Part shown: in pieces, positions 47,001 to 64,000 of the stretch
Layout: each line of letters starts with the position of its first letter
Position numbering within the stretch: the stretch's first letter is position 1
From: Lingula anatina
Taxonomy: Eukaryota; Animalia; Brachiopoda
Direction: 5' to 3'
DNA length: 64,000 bases
Assembly: GCA_051362555.1 (NCBI GenBank)
Contig: CM120643.1
Span: 8,060,001 to 8,124,000, forward strand
Notes under the pieces: generated by a model
What the model was told of the DNA's origin: nothing
What the model saw: the letters and a program-made list of their open reading frames with translations, nothing else
Databases searched by the model: none
Translations under genes and position numbers: made by a program

Positions 47001-48088
47001 TGGATTATAGACCTTATATAAATAAATAAATGAATAAATAAATAAATAAATAAATAAACATTATTATTATTACCGTTGTTGTTATTGTTGTTGTTATTTT
47101 TTTTCATTACTTCTTAAAACCGTGAGAAACCAAGGCTACTTTGTAGAGAAAAAGCACGTCCGGGTGTGTCTTTCATATCGCACCCCCTTCCTTTCCACCC
47201 CCCCCCCCCCCCCCCCCCCCACCTTCTCTAAGACCTACCTGCCAACATAACCAGCGTAGAGCAAATTTCCACAACGCCATACGGTTCTTTCAGTATAACA
47301 CAGGCGAGAATCCCAGAGTAAATCGGGGCGGTATACTCTAGCACTGCTGCGTCCCCTAGAGGCAGGTATCTATAAGCAGAGAACGCACACCACGCCGTCA
47401 AATACCCCATGCAGCTCCGTATAACAACGAAGACACAGTCTTGTATCGACTTCATGCCCGTCAGGGGAATAATCTCCTTGTCATTCAATGCCTTCTCTTT
47501 AGCTGCTTCGATGCATGAGTCTGATTTTGGTCTGTCACAGCTTTCCACCGCAGCTTCATTTGACTCTTTTGAAGCCTCTTTCTCAGGCCCTTTAGTCTCG
47601 GAAATTTCTAAAGACTCTTTGAATTGTTTCTCGGAGATTGCCTCCTCGAGATTCCCCTGGGAAAATTCTTGGGATGCCCTTCCCTTTTTAAGGATTTGAT
47701 TCTCTCTCTCAGTATTGTTCATATCGGAGTTTTCTCTCTTAAACACACTTTTAAAGTCAAAATCGTCGTTCTCCCATTCCTGATAATTATATCTGCTGGA
47801 ATTTCGAGTCTCGGAATCAACTTTTTCAAGATATAGCAACTTTGAATCTTCACTGGCGACCTCTTCATCAATTTTTTCCCGTCCAGAATCTTGTTGCTTA
47901 GCAACACAGAGCCAGGAGGGGGCAGCGAGAACAAAAATTACAACGTGTCGGAACGCCAAAAACACGAGGACGGAGACGTCTTTGTAACTGCCGACGAGAA
48001 GTGCCGACACTGACAGTGCCAGAGCCGACAACACCGACAGAAAAAGACCCGCTGCTCCATGGTGTAGGTGACAAGTCGTCTCCCCCAT
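44005..48088 (-). CDS. SLC35G1: SLC35G1-like (EamA/DMT) transporter, 2 coding exons, 517 aa
   Basis: Exon 48088-47239 (donor GTAGGT) joins exon 44708-44005 (acceptor TTTTGTAG) in phase 1, giving ...LVMLAG-IVFISRPSFLWG. Motifs IRSCMG, YLPLGDAAVL..TAPIYSGILACVILKEP, ALKIEN..IVSLGRTSEPIFVFIWQ, PTWPSIVGSLLI. Exact subfamily is uncertain. Confidence 0.85.
44901..45066. mobile_element. TIR element CGGGGGCGGATT...GATCCGCTCCTG with 5-bp TSD TGTTT
   Basis: TGTTT on both sides. Reverse homologue at 52107-52271. Confidence 0.8.
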
Positions 48089-48940
48089 GCTCTTCTACTG
48101 TCCTGCTCTAAACATGCTATTCACTGACGTCACTTTCAGTAGCAGGCGACCCATATGGACAGTTCAGCTGTTGCGTATCCACCATTTAGCTTGGTAACCA
48201 GTGCAGTGATTCCACCTTTTTCAGTGTCACCTAAAAATCCATATGAGTAGATCTGTTAGTATCTATACGTAAGTTTAATCTCGATGCTTCGAACAATAGG
48301 GTGCTTGACCCTGTATTTCGCTTCCAGGAGTGTGACGCTTCAATGCGAAATGATAAATGCAAATGCATAATATATTCACTACACGAGATGCCCGCTGTGT
48401 GTAACGTACAAGATTAGCCATTCATGCGCATGATGTCTCACGTAAGACCTATAGTTCCGCTTGTCCGTGCAGTTGTACGAATGGAATTTTTAGAACAATT
48501 TTCAACCAAAGATCCACAAAATTGACTTAACATTTAAAAGTAAGTGAAAGCAGGAGCTCTGTTAGAAAAATTTTTCGTAAAACGCGAAAGTTTAGGAGGA
48601 GATCGTTTAGGCCTATCGCCGTTATCATCTCGCCTACTGAATATTCAGAACATGACATTTTGTGGACGGGTGGTGAGGTGAATTAACAGTTGTGTTTATT
48701 AACCATGAAATCTGTTAACGTATCAGCACGTGGAGGTATCTATTTGATAATAGGAGGAGATGATATCGGGGGGGAGGGGGGGGGCCTCAAATGGTTTTAC
48801 AAAGGACATGGAATAAGAAACGATTAGCATCTACAGACCCCGATGCAAAATGGAAATCATACTAGATTGCATAAAACGAGGCTGTCGGCAATACGTGATG
48901 TTATAAGGGACTATAAACTTGGGGGAACCGTGTCGTCTTA

Positions 48941-49155
48941 GAGTGCATTCCCAGAGATTTAGATCGATCCATACGGATCGACCTAACTCCCTTAGGGTTC
49001 ACGCTAAATTGCAGTCAGCCGAGCGCGCACGACAGTTAATTACCCCCTTACAGCTTTTAGTAGGCGGGACAGACATTTAAGCCGGCTAAGCTGACAGTAA
49101 TCTAGTGAGACTCCCCACGGGGATAGATCGATCTAAAATCTGTGGGAATGGGGTC
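48941..49155. mobile_element. Family A MITE, TSD TTA
   Basis: Close homologue of 5614-5816, with TTA flanks. Confidence 0.85.
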
Positions 49156-50107
49156 TTAGAAAGCTATGTAAAATTGATACGTAAAATTTGGTAAATTCGT
49201 GTTGCAATAGACTGTAATGCGACAGAGCATTCTTAAACGCGAAAACACAGAAGACCACCTGTTAATAAATCCTTAATAAATACTTTTGTTCATTGTCACG
49301 CCGCCATTACTATTCTGCCATTATTTCTGACACAATTCTCCTCCAAACCCCGCGAAATCTCGCTTGATTTTACGTTGAATCGCCAGACGATTCCCATGTA
49401 AACACGACAAAGACAGAGAGTGAAATTACGATTAGTTCTGATGACGTAGAAATACATGCTTTATTTAGAGCTATCAACAGGCTCGTTATATTATATCCAA
49501 AATAGGCAGGATATGCTAATGATATCATCATGGTCTTGCCATTTGTCTATATATTGATATATTTCACGGATACGTTGCTGGCTTATTACATATACCTGCA
49601 TATAAGCACTTTTTTCAACTATGAGCAAGAATTTGAAATGGCGCCAGTACTGTACTGGCCTCTAGGAAAGAGTAGCGTCTTGGCGCGTTGCTAGTTTCAA
49701 GCCCAAATTTTAAAGTGACGTAATTTCCATGATGATTAATTTTTGCAATATGAAGGTTGAACGGACTTTGCGTGTCTTAAATAAATCAGTGTTCATTTGG
49801 TACGTAGTCAAGTACAGTTTTAGAGCTGCTCGTGTAAAACTTCTTTGCTAGCATACATGTACCTACCTGTGTAAACCAACCTTTGCCAATTAAAAAAGAA
49901 CGTCTGCAATCACAGGGAACAAATTGTCTTATTCCAAATGAAATCCATATAACGTTCTCTCCTTTCCGTGAGTGGGGTCACAAAACACACCTGAGCTGTA
50001 AGCAGAAATATTTTTGCTCTTGTTTTTTGTATATTACATAAAAGCTAGACCGCCACATCACTTGCGTGTTCCTTTCCAGTTAGGGCCCTTCTGTATCACG
50101 GGTCTTG

Positions 50108-50351
50108 GGGCTCATTCTCTTTGAAACTATCGGTCTACGTAGATCGATTCAACTCAGCAAGGACTCTCACTGATTGCAATCAGTTAAACAGCTCCTGATG
50201 AAGAGTAGAATACAGAAAAGGTGGTGATTATAGGGGTAAATTGGGGAAAAAAGAGGAGCCGTGTTAATCTGTTTAACTGATTGCATTCAGCGAGAGTCCC
50301 CGCGGAGTTGGATCCATCTCCTTACAGCGATACTTTAATGGGAATGAGCCC
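50108..50351. mobile_element. Family A-related palindromic MITE
   Basis: GGGCTCATTC...GAATGAGCCC ends. Internal inverted GGACTCTCACTGATTGCAATCAGTTAAACAG / CTGTTTAACTGATTGCATTCAGCGAGAGTCC. Confidence 0.75.
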
Positions 50352-52106
50352 TTAGTTTTCTTTTGCATATTTATTAGGAGCTATGAATTGTTTTAAATAG
50401 GTCTTTTTGACACTGCTACACGTTGGAATACATCGCTCGTTGCGTGATGGTCATACGTTTATTCAAAAGATACTGGTACCCGTGTCAACTTGTACGCAAG
50501 GCTCCAATATCTTTTCAAGAAATATTTTTTTGACGTCGAGTACCACTCTGTGCTCTGTCCTGACTGCGGTAAACAAAGCTATATACTAATGAAATCTCCG
50601 AAAAAATGGTCTTTCAGACGCCCCCCCCCCCCCAAAAAAAAAGCAGTTTTACTTGTCAGTTTTCCAACGGCCAAAGTGTTCGCAACGTTGTTCAGCTTAC
50701 TCGTCTATCGCCCACCCGATACACTGCGTGATTGCCACTCCTGAATATTATTGCCTCCTAATGCAAAAATAAATTGGTTAATCGTTATATTACTTCAGTA
50801 TATTAGCGTATTATTGCCAGTATTATATTTGTTTTAAATTGCTGACTCCTACCATTTACCATAACGTGTAGGTTAATGTTTTATTGTTATACTGGTACGT
50901 TTGGGGTTGGTCGACTCACGCTTGAGATAAATTTGAATTTCATTACATCAAAATAAAGCAATTCGGAGCTGGGACCCTGACAGCGCTGACAGGGCTCCTA
51001 GCTGAAAACGGTGAGATAATTGAATGTAGGTAGAATTCTCGTCCAAGTAGTTTTGTAACACTAGCACCTCTTTCATGCTTATGACATCTGAATGAATGAA
51101 TGGATGATCGCGAAAAGGCTGACAGAGATGCATAAATAAATGTTTCACGTTTAAAAGAAGGCTGGAAATCGTTATAACTCTAAAGATAGAATATCGCTAG
51201 TGCCATGACATTGGACTGCCTACTATGAAGTGATTGTTCCCGTCGCTAGGGTAGAACATATCCAGGGTGACTCTCCCCCCAGGGTGACCCCCCCCTCCCC
51301 CCCCCCCCCCCCCCGAAAAAAAAAATTATTAAATCCCACAAAGTTTCGCGACGTATGCAAGTGTGCCTATAATGCCTCGGAAGCCGTTTGGAGCATATTT
51401 TTTAAAAAGAACATAACTTTTATGCTTAGCGACCAAGGTAACTGAAAGTTTGGGTAATGATTTTACACATACTGAAGTGTAAGTCAAGCAAATTTCTTGG
51501 TATTTGATTGACCCTTGTAGGATTTAATAAATTTTTATGGGTTCTGTTTGTTTGTGTCACAGAGAGATATATCTGCTCGTGAACGAGAGTGTCTCAACAT
51601 CGGCCCACAAATTATTTTGCACCCCCCTGTCATGATTGATTTAATGGTATTTATATCGGCAATTACTTTGCGCTGATATTTCACTACAAAATGAAAAATA
51701 AAATAAAAATTCCCTCATTATTAAAACAATAGGTACAAGATGTGGACTGAAGATAAAATTCCATTGCTTTCCAACATTTCTTTTATTCATATTGTTACAA
51801 CATCTATCACTACAGGTTGATTTCTATTCTTCGTATTTATATATAATTAGAACGCCACTTTTAATTCACTATAATAAATATCATATAAACATTGCTTACT
51901 GCTTAATTAAATTTCTTTCTTCTCACGCAAATCTACATGCAAACATATTTCTTCTCTCGAATAACTGAAACATGATATATTGTTTACAACAACATCGCAT
52001 CCGTTGACTGACAGACTTCAATAATTTCGATTTCAAGTTAACTATTGTATTACAGGAAACGACAGTCATTATTTCCACAAATAACTTAAATCAGCTAATA
52101 CCACTG

Positions 52107-52271
52107 CAGGGGCGGATCCAGAGCTATTTTCTGACAGTCTTCCAAATTATCTTTGTTGATCCATCCTCATTTTTGACCGTCTTCTGACAGAAAATTAGAT
52201 ACCCATCAATGTAAACTTGAAAATCTGACCGTTTTCCGGAAGACCCAGAAGACGGCCTCAATCCGCCCCTG
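52107..52271. mobile_element. CAGGGGCGGAT...ATCCGCCCCTG element (reverse homologue of 44901-45066)
   Basis: 11-bp perfect TIR and shared body. No TSD evident. Confidence 0.75.
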
Positions 52272-52503
52272 GCCCACCTCACAGATGCAGTCTGGGAGGG
52301 TATTTTAAACAAGACAAATTCAGAGGCGCACCTCGACCTACCCTTCACTACAGAGGTACTCTTCTTTCCCTTCTCTACCACCCTAAACAGAGTTACGTTA
52401 CAACCGAAACGTGAATAAAAAAAAAAGAATTTTAATATCCTTGTGCCGTATATGTTTGGGTACAATTGCCCTCGTCTCTGGAAAGGTAGACCCTTCTCTC
52501 CTT

Positions 52504-52545
<42 letters not shown>

Positions 52546-52546
52546 T

Positions 52547-53677
52547 TCAACCAAGACATTTGATAGTACGCTTGCATGCATCTCTGAATCTTTTGCTCAT
52601 GAAAGCATACACAATGGGGTTAATACCAGAGTTCAATTCCGACATTTCAACAGCGACTACTCTCAGGACTTCCAGACACGTTGAACTTCGGCCCAGGTTC
52701 TTGGTCGCTATGTACACAGCGGTGTAAGGCAGCCATGACATCATAAATACAAACATTATGGTGCCCGTCATCTTGGCCAGCCGTACCTGGGACTCCCATT
52801 GGTGTTTCGTGAGTCCCCTGAATCCGGGTGATCGGCTGGTATCCTTCAGATCCTTTGACTTGTTCAAACTCCAAACCCTGCCAGAAGCTCTCGTAGGACG
52901 AGAGGAAATATCAACTTTAGGCAATGCGGTCTCTGCTGTCGATTCTGTTGTCATCTCAGTCATCTGCGCCGACCAGACGGCAATTTTTCTTCTTTGCTTG
53001 GTGACCGAGACTATGATAACCAAATACAAGACACACGATGTGATGAAGGAAATTGGGATGTGGGGAAGGAGGACGTACGTCATGAAGTCATGGTAGACAT
53101 TGTCAGCACGGCACTGGCTCCCCGGCACCCATCGGCTCACCCAAAACACCGGCAGGACACCCAGAATGGCAGCGTATACCCAACAACCGACGGCAATCCC
53201 ATTGGTCAGACGGCGCGTGAGCCTGGCAGAGAACTTTCGTGAGCTGCACAAGACGAGGCAGCGTTCTGCGGCTATCACCGGCGTGTGGAGTAGAGACAGC
53301 CCGTGCATGAAGACCATGGTGGATACCTGGCCGAGACAGGCGTACCTGCTGAACAGCACAGCTCGGCGGAGCTCGGGGACCAGTCGAGTTAGGTGCTTCA
53401 TGACGATGCCGTAGGGAATGGCGACGAGTCCACAAAAGATGTCCGTCAGTGCCAAACTGAAGATGAGAACATCGGTGTTTGTAACGTTCTGAGGCTTCGT
53501 CTTGATGAAAGTAATAATGACCGTGGAATTGGAAAGGATGGTCCAGAGGGCGATGGAGAATTCGACTGTAGCGAAGGCTATCACGGCGCTCTGTGGCAAT
53601 GCCATATACCAGTCAGTAGTGTCCGTCCGAATATCGTTCACATGCGATTCCGTGGCATTATAAGTGGAGTTATCCAT
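52547..53677 (-). CDS. Intronless rhodopsin-like (class A) GPCR, adenosine-receptor-like orphan, 376 aa
   Basis: ATG at 53677 (MDNSTYNAT, two N-glycosylation sequons). TM1 TVEFSIALWTILSN, TM2 SLALTD, TM3 Cys and IAAERC, TM4 W, ECL2 Cys (SQCR), TM6 SWLPY, TM7 NSGINPIVY, helix 8 KRFR. Confidence 0.9.
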   Translation of the reverse strand: MDNSTYNATESHVNDIRTDTTDWYMALPQSAVIAFATVEFSIALWTILSNSTVIITFIKTKPQNVTNTDVLIFSLALTDIFCGLVAIPYGIVMKHLTRLVPELRRAVLFSRYACLGQVSTMVFMHGLSLLHTPVIAAERCLVLCSSRKFSARLTRRLTNGIAVGCWVYAAILGVLPVFWVSRWVPGSQCRADNVYHDFMTYVLLPHIPISFITSCVLYLVIIVSVTKQRRKIAVWSAQMTEMTTESTAETALPKVDISSRPTRASGRVWSLNKSKDLKDTSRSPGFRGLTKHQWESQVRLAKMTGTIMFVFMMSWLPYTAVYIATKNLGRSSTCLEVLRVVAVEMSELNSGINPIVYAFMSKRFRDACKRTIKCLG

Positions 53678-55267
53678 TTTGCTTTCTACGAGAGTTATTT
53701 TAAAGAAAATTTGCACCACAAAGTTGCACAAATTTGTATTACTGTCCGTTTTTTTTATGTAGTACAACGGGACTCGGGGAAACTGGAGTAGACGAAGATC
53801 CGTGTGGTTTCTCCCGCACGTAAAAACTAATATGATGTTCCTTTCACACCGAGAATAAACGTTGCTGCTATATTAACACCTTTCACCTACGTTAATTTAC
53901 AGAAAGTTATATAGGTAGCTGTCATGCCCAAGATTGGTGACGGTCAAACGCAGCATGAACATGATTTTTCTTGAAAACTTATGCAGTAACAAGACGACGG
54001 AAATCTGGAACACTGGAAAGTAGATGTTTTTTTTTTTTTCGTTCAACGCGAGGGGCCATCTCAGCTTTTAAGCAGATAAAAGATTTGAATAATGTGTCAA
54101 ATTTGCAGGGTTAGCATTTAATACAAGTTTAAAAATACGCCTTTATAATTTTTTCAAAGGCAAGAGTGTTTTGTCTGCTTGTTTTTGGCATACATTTTAG
54201 TTTTGTGTCAAACGATAGTGATATACTTCAAATTTTGATCAGGCACCTCTGAGGCTAAGATGAAGGAAGTGAAGTTCGAAAATGGGCTTAATCGGGTTAT
54301 TTTATCAGATAGTTTCCCCCTTAGCATGTTTTTAGCGTGTAATCCGCTGAGTGTGGGGCGGATATCCTTTGCTACATACCAAAATAGTTGAATATTTCGG
54401 AAGTTAGAGATATAATTATTATTTCCGTGATAAATTGTCACAATATTAATTGATATACAGCTGGCTGTGGCAGTGGCCAATAAACACTTTTCAAGTTCTG
54501 TAAGAACTTCCACCATCTAAGCATCAGCATCGGTCATCAACGTAAACTACAGCCTGATTTGTCGTCAAAAGACATGGTAAAGTAAAAAAAAAAAAAAAAC
54601 TTCAAAACCCGAGTTTCCATAGGAACAATCAACACCAGACTCCTGAATCATGGCTTTCGTCAAGGAGTGCTCCTAAGAAATTCTTTTTGATCCAACAGAA
54701 GAAAACCGATGCTAAAAAGGGACCAAACAATTGACTTCAAAGTGCCATCAAGTGTGCCACTGGGGACGTACGTACCTGATTTATTGATGAGGCGCTAGTT
54801 CATGGTATTGCTATCAGACTCCATGTTTTATGTAAAGTTTGAAAACTGTGAAACTGTACATGTTTGAAAACCTATGCTTCCTTGAGCATGGGATTTGCTT
54901 TTCCCTATAAAATGCCGATGATTTATATTACCAAATTCATCCTTGATAACGAGAAGACTTTAAAACGGAAATAAAACACGAAAATTCGAAGCTAAAACAT
55001 GATTATAAAACCTTAATGGCCTGGTTGAATAGTACGATTTGTCTTAGTTTGAATTCAGTGAAATCACAGATGAAATATTTTAGCAAGAGTGTGGATGTGG
55101 GCATCGGTCAGTACATTAACAGTTTTTCCTGGTTAGAATTGAACACGGCTGCCAGAAAAATTTTCATGAATGTCATCAATAATGCCTAGTTTCAGTTCTC
55201 TGTCTAATGCACGTTTTACCACATGAACCACATGTAATGCAACTTGTCATTCGAAGAACTAAACATA

Positions 55268-55556
55268 GAGCGCATTCAGGTCAAGTGATTCGCGGACTAA
55301 CTGATCCGCCGACTAAATATGGCCGAACCCACTTAAAAGCAGCGCCGCTTAAACCCCTGATTGTCTCCGGCCTCCGCAGGCGCCATTAAACGGTCTTAAT
55401 CTCGTCTCCGAGGTTTAATTGCAATGCCCCTGCAGCGACGGCACGCGCGGATGCGGGGAGGCCATCAGGAATTAGTCGGCGCTGCTTTAAAATAGCTCGG
55501 CCATATTTATTCCGCGGATCTGTTAGTCAGCGAATCAACGTGTTCTGAATGCCCTC
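55268..55556. mobile_element. Family B palindromic MITE, TSD ATA
   Basis: GAGCGCATTCAG...CTGAATGCCCTC with ATA flanks. Body is homologous to 31742-31991. Confidence 0.82.
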
Positions 55557-57844
55557 ATAAATGCATACTTTTTATCCATTGCTCTTACTCCTTGGGATAG
55601 CGCGTAAGGGGAAGATCAGAGCCCCATAACTCGGAGGCATCGCGTATTGCGAATAGCGATATCACATAGAGGCTACAATGTATTATATAGGGCGAGTAAG
55701 GGCGTGTTATGGAATCGAGACGCTTGCGCTCGGTCGATGCTTTCAAGTAACGGGGCCCTGGTGCTGTTTGCAAGAACTAATTGCCAAGAGATAACCATGT
55801 GGATTCTTGAAATGGTCCCATATTTTTTTTTTATAATTCAACGACTTCATACTCACGTGTGTTTAAACGTGGAGCTAGCTGACTTTTGGTATGTAACTTA
55901 TCCTCAATTAAAACAAAGAAGTAACATTATCTTATCTGCGAGAGACGGCATTAGTTCTTTAAAAATAGATGTTCCATCCGCGTACGCATGTCATTGTGTA
56001 TTTCAAATAATCAGTCTTATTGCTATCACCTATCTTTTTAAAGATATCATTATCTTATCATTATTAACATCCTCTAGTGATGTAGCTCTCCTGAATCTCG
56101 GTAATCCATACTGTCGCACTAATAAAAAGAACTCTGCTTGCGGCAGATTTGTACCGAGTCATCTATTTGTAATTTTCACCTTTAGAAACGTATTGCAAAT
56201 ATAAAGAGCTGTTTCTGACAACAAAATTAACCTCTTAATTTCAATTTTACTTAATAATTCGGAGAAGCATGGGACAGCCTCGGGTGCCCAATTCACAAAA
56301 GACACCGTGTCTGCACATAAAAACAAACATTTCAGTTTCATTTCGAAGTGTGTTTTGTTCAGGGTCGCAGCTGAAAACAACACAAACACAACAAGATATT
56401 CAGTGAGACACTTTCAACTTTTAATTCAATTTCATAGTCACTTTTATCACCATAGGCAATCAAATATTTACAGAAATCTATTCGGCTTTTCACCTTACAT
56501 ATGGCCTTGCTAGCTCTTGTCATTAAATTTACCTACATTGAACAGGTCCAGCAGACACAATTATCTTTGGACCCAAAAGGACTCAGGACCTTAAAAAGGT
56601 CAGAATGACCAGTCCTGGCAAAATGAATAACCATGCAAAGTAATATACAAATGGACAATGATACAATGACTTCTACTTTCTTGGTGAAAGTACCATATTG
56701 TTACAATATACAACATATGTACATATCTATGCTAGCAAGGTGTTTTGGGGTACCTTATATATATTTATATACTTAAAAAAAAAAAAGAAATTGACCAAGG
56801 TCAATTTTCCCACACATCATTTTCTTTGCTGTTGTCAAAACTTTTAATCTATGCAAAACCAGATTTGCAAAAAGCTTCAACTTTAAATTGAAACATCCAT
56901 GTTTACAATAGCAGTGGATACATTTGTTTAAAAAGTGATCACCAGTTACTATAGAGGGCGCTGTCTATAGCATTCTTATAAGACAATACCAATCAAAACA
57001 TCAAACTTCTAACAGCTTTAAAACCATGTCAACCACAAATGTGACAAAAAATAACGGAATAAAAAAATCCAATGTTAACATTAACACCAAAGAATGTAAA
57101 ACTCTTATTATCTAGGAGACTAATACAAAGTCCTTCAAAGCTGGAAAAACTCTCACTTCACTCAATTATTCTTAATCTGAAGAAAAAACTAGGCCCCAAT
57201 GCTCTGTTCCATGATAACTTTTCTACACATGCCCCAAGCTTTTTATAACATTCTAATTAAGAAATATGGTAACTTGTGAATATTGAAGTCATTCAGGTTT
57301 TACTTCAAATAACTCATTTCACAAACCTTTCTGACCTTAAAATGGCCTAAGTATTAAAAAAAATTAATAATAGTATTGGTAATTAATAATAAGTCATTTA
57401 AAAACAAACCCGCCTTTCATAAATTCATCTGAGACAGTTCTAAATGTAACCTCTTTTCTCCTCAAACTTGACACTTAAAATTAAAGCCACTTTTACTAAA
57501 TTGTTACTGATATTCAAACTCTGCTGCAGTATGACAAGTAAATCTTAACCACTTCATTCTGAATGCTTGACAATGATGTTAATTTAGTAACAGCAATGTG
57601 GACAATCAAGTTGCATGTGGATCCCCCCCCCCCCAAAAAAAAATAATAAAATAAATAAAATAAATAAATAAATAAATAAAGTAAAAAAATAAATTAATTA
57701 AATTCAAAATAAGAAAACCTTGACTATTTTAAAGCAACCCTCAACACAACTCAGGCATGCAGTCACCACCTCCACAGACCACAAGCACCTGTCCTCGTAG
57801 AAAATCAAAAACTCTTAAACCAGTAATGTTCCTTGAAACTGCAT

Positions 57845-57970
57845 GCTATGTGAACCAGTATGGTATGTGAACCACGTATATGGTATGTGAACCACGTATA
57901 TGGTATGTGAACCACGTATATGGTATGTAAACCATGTATATGGTATATGAAACTGCATGGTATGTGAACC
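57845..57970. repeat. 20-bp minisatellite (TGGTATGTGAACCACGTATA) x~6
   Basis: Read directly. Lies in the probable 3' UTR of the ANKRD11/12 gene. Confidence 0.9.
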
Positions 57971-58926
57971 AGTTGTTGTGGTTAACACCCAAGTTTCCAT
58001 AATAACTTATTAAAATAAAGCTGAACTGGGCTACAGGCAATGTTCAGTACTACTTGAAATATTTCAGATGAATTCTCAATAGACAATACTACAAGACTCA
58101 TCTCATGAACTTTTTTAAAAACTTAATCATTCACCCACAATGAAAGTTTCCACACAAAAAGTCCACCATTCATTCCAGATAAGGTAATCTGGTCACATTG
58201 TATCAATTTTCTCAGGCATGGTGCAGGAGTCTCTCTCTCTCTGTGTCACAGCTTTTACTTGTAAAAGGCACTCTTTGGGTTAACTTCTCCAAACCTTCTC
58301 TTACAGGTTATCTCCACAAATCTCCAACACAACTTGCAAAAGTCAGAAACTGTCGTCTTTCAAATTTCTAGTTGGCTTCAAGTCCAACCTTGTAAGCAGA
58401 AGCTTCTATTCAGTGTTTCACTATACCAGTGGTGATGTCAAAACTACGGTAAAAACTTGCAAAATTTTGTCACTTTAAAAAAATTAATTAAGATCTTTAA
58501 ATGCCTGAATCCGACTTGGTGTTTTTAGGTGACAAACTTCTCAAAATGATTGAGAGGCCCATTTTCAAACTTGGTGAAATTTTCAAAGTGAAAATAATTA
58601 CGATGGCGAAAAATCATCTTCTGCCAAATTTCCAAGACCAACTAAATTTTCAAGTTTTTACCACAACATGCAATCTTTATCTTTCATAACAACCATTTCT
58701 GTCAATGTGTCTTGCTTAGTCTCAGAGGCAGAACCCATGGCGGACTTTATTTCCCCATCACAGTTTAAGCTCACACTGTTAAAACGCTGTCAAGGCATTC
58801 ATTTTTCAGCTTCAATCTTTCACAAGTCTTCCCCCTGCTAACAACAGCATTTCCTCGCAGCCCGACTCATCAATATAGTAGTAACTGGACATCCAAAAAA
58901 CATCCCTTTCCCTGTGCATACATCTG

Positions 58927-63750
<4,824 letters not shown>

Positions 63751-64000
63751 CTGAGAGAGAAATAAAAAAAAATACAAACTTGTCAAATCTATCATGTCAA
63801 ACTAAGGTGACTTTATTCTAATCTTAACCTTATGTTTTATTTATTATAAAGTAATGACATTTCTTTATCTAGGTTAATTAATGTAAATCTTCCAGTCTCA
63901 CTTTAAAAAAAAAAAAAAAAAACCTTATCATATTGTGAACATCTGTAAGTTTGTGAACCTGCGTGTCCATCTTTCTATAGCAGTAATCAAACAGTATTGA

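Noticed and set aside
52547-53677. Opsin
   Set aside because: No Lys at 7.43, and the TM1/TM7 patterns resemble adenosine-type receptors more than opsins.
52758-53791. Several 80-130-aa ORFs overlapping the GPCR
   Set aside because: By-products of the GC-rich GPCR coding sequence on other frames and strands.
55647-56204. 185-aa ORF as a gene or transposase
   Set aside because: Non-ATG start, overlaps a repeat fragment, no recognisable domain.

Overview
Intron-rich, AT-rich eukaryotic genomic DNA from an invertebrate bilaterian (a lophotrochozoan such as a mollusc is a guess; the species cannot be established from the sequence). I assembled eight protein-coding loci by hand from GT-AG junctions: (1) intronless FRAT/GSK3-binding protein (416-862 +); (2) 15-exon LBP/BPI (6200-13785 +); (3) 15-exon ZNF341 orthologue (15540-26232 +); (4, 5) two tandem 6-exon UNC93A-like MFS transporters (30212-37667 and 38409-43635 +); (6) 2-exon SLC35G/EamA transporter with a large acidic insert (44005-48088 -); (7) intronless adenosine-receptor-like class A GPCR (52547-53677 -); (8) the last five coding exons of an ANKRD11/12 gene (58927-63750 -, continuing beyond the window). 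Introns and spacers carry many non-autonomous DNA transposons: palindromic Harbinger-like MITEs with 3-bp TSDs, and CAG/CTG-ended elements with 5-bp TSDs. The UNC93A duplication shows several of them as filled versus empty sites. Also present are a Penelope-type minimal hammerhead ribozyme, tandem repeats and microsatellites. I recognised no rRNA, tRNA, CRISPR array or autonomous transposase, and I cannot claim a clear-cut new system. The best leads are a ZNF341-type motif in ZNF341's own first intron, the hammerhead, linkage of genes whose human counterparts share one paralogon, the GPCR with an altered ligand pocket, and the anatomy of the UNC93A duplication. Comparisons to human proteins, loci and motifs are from memory and need database confirmation.
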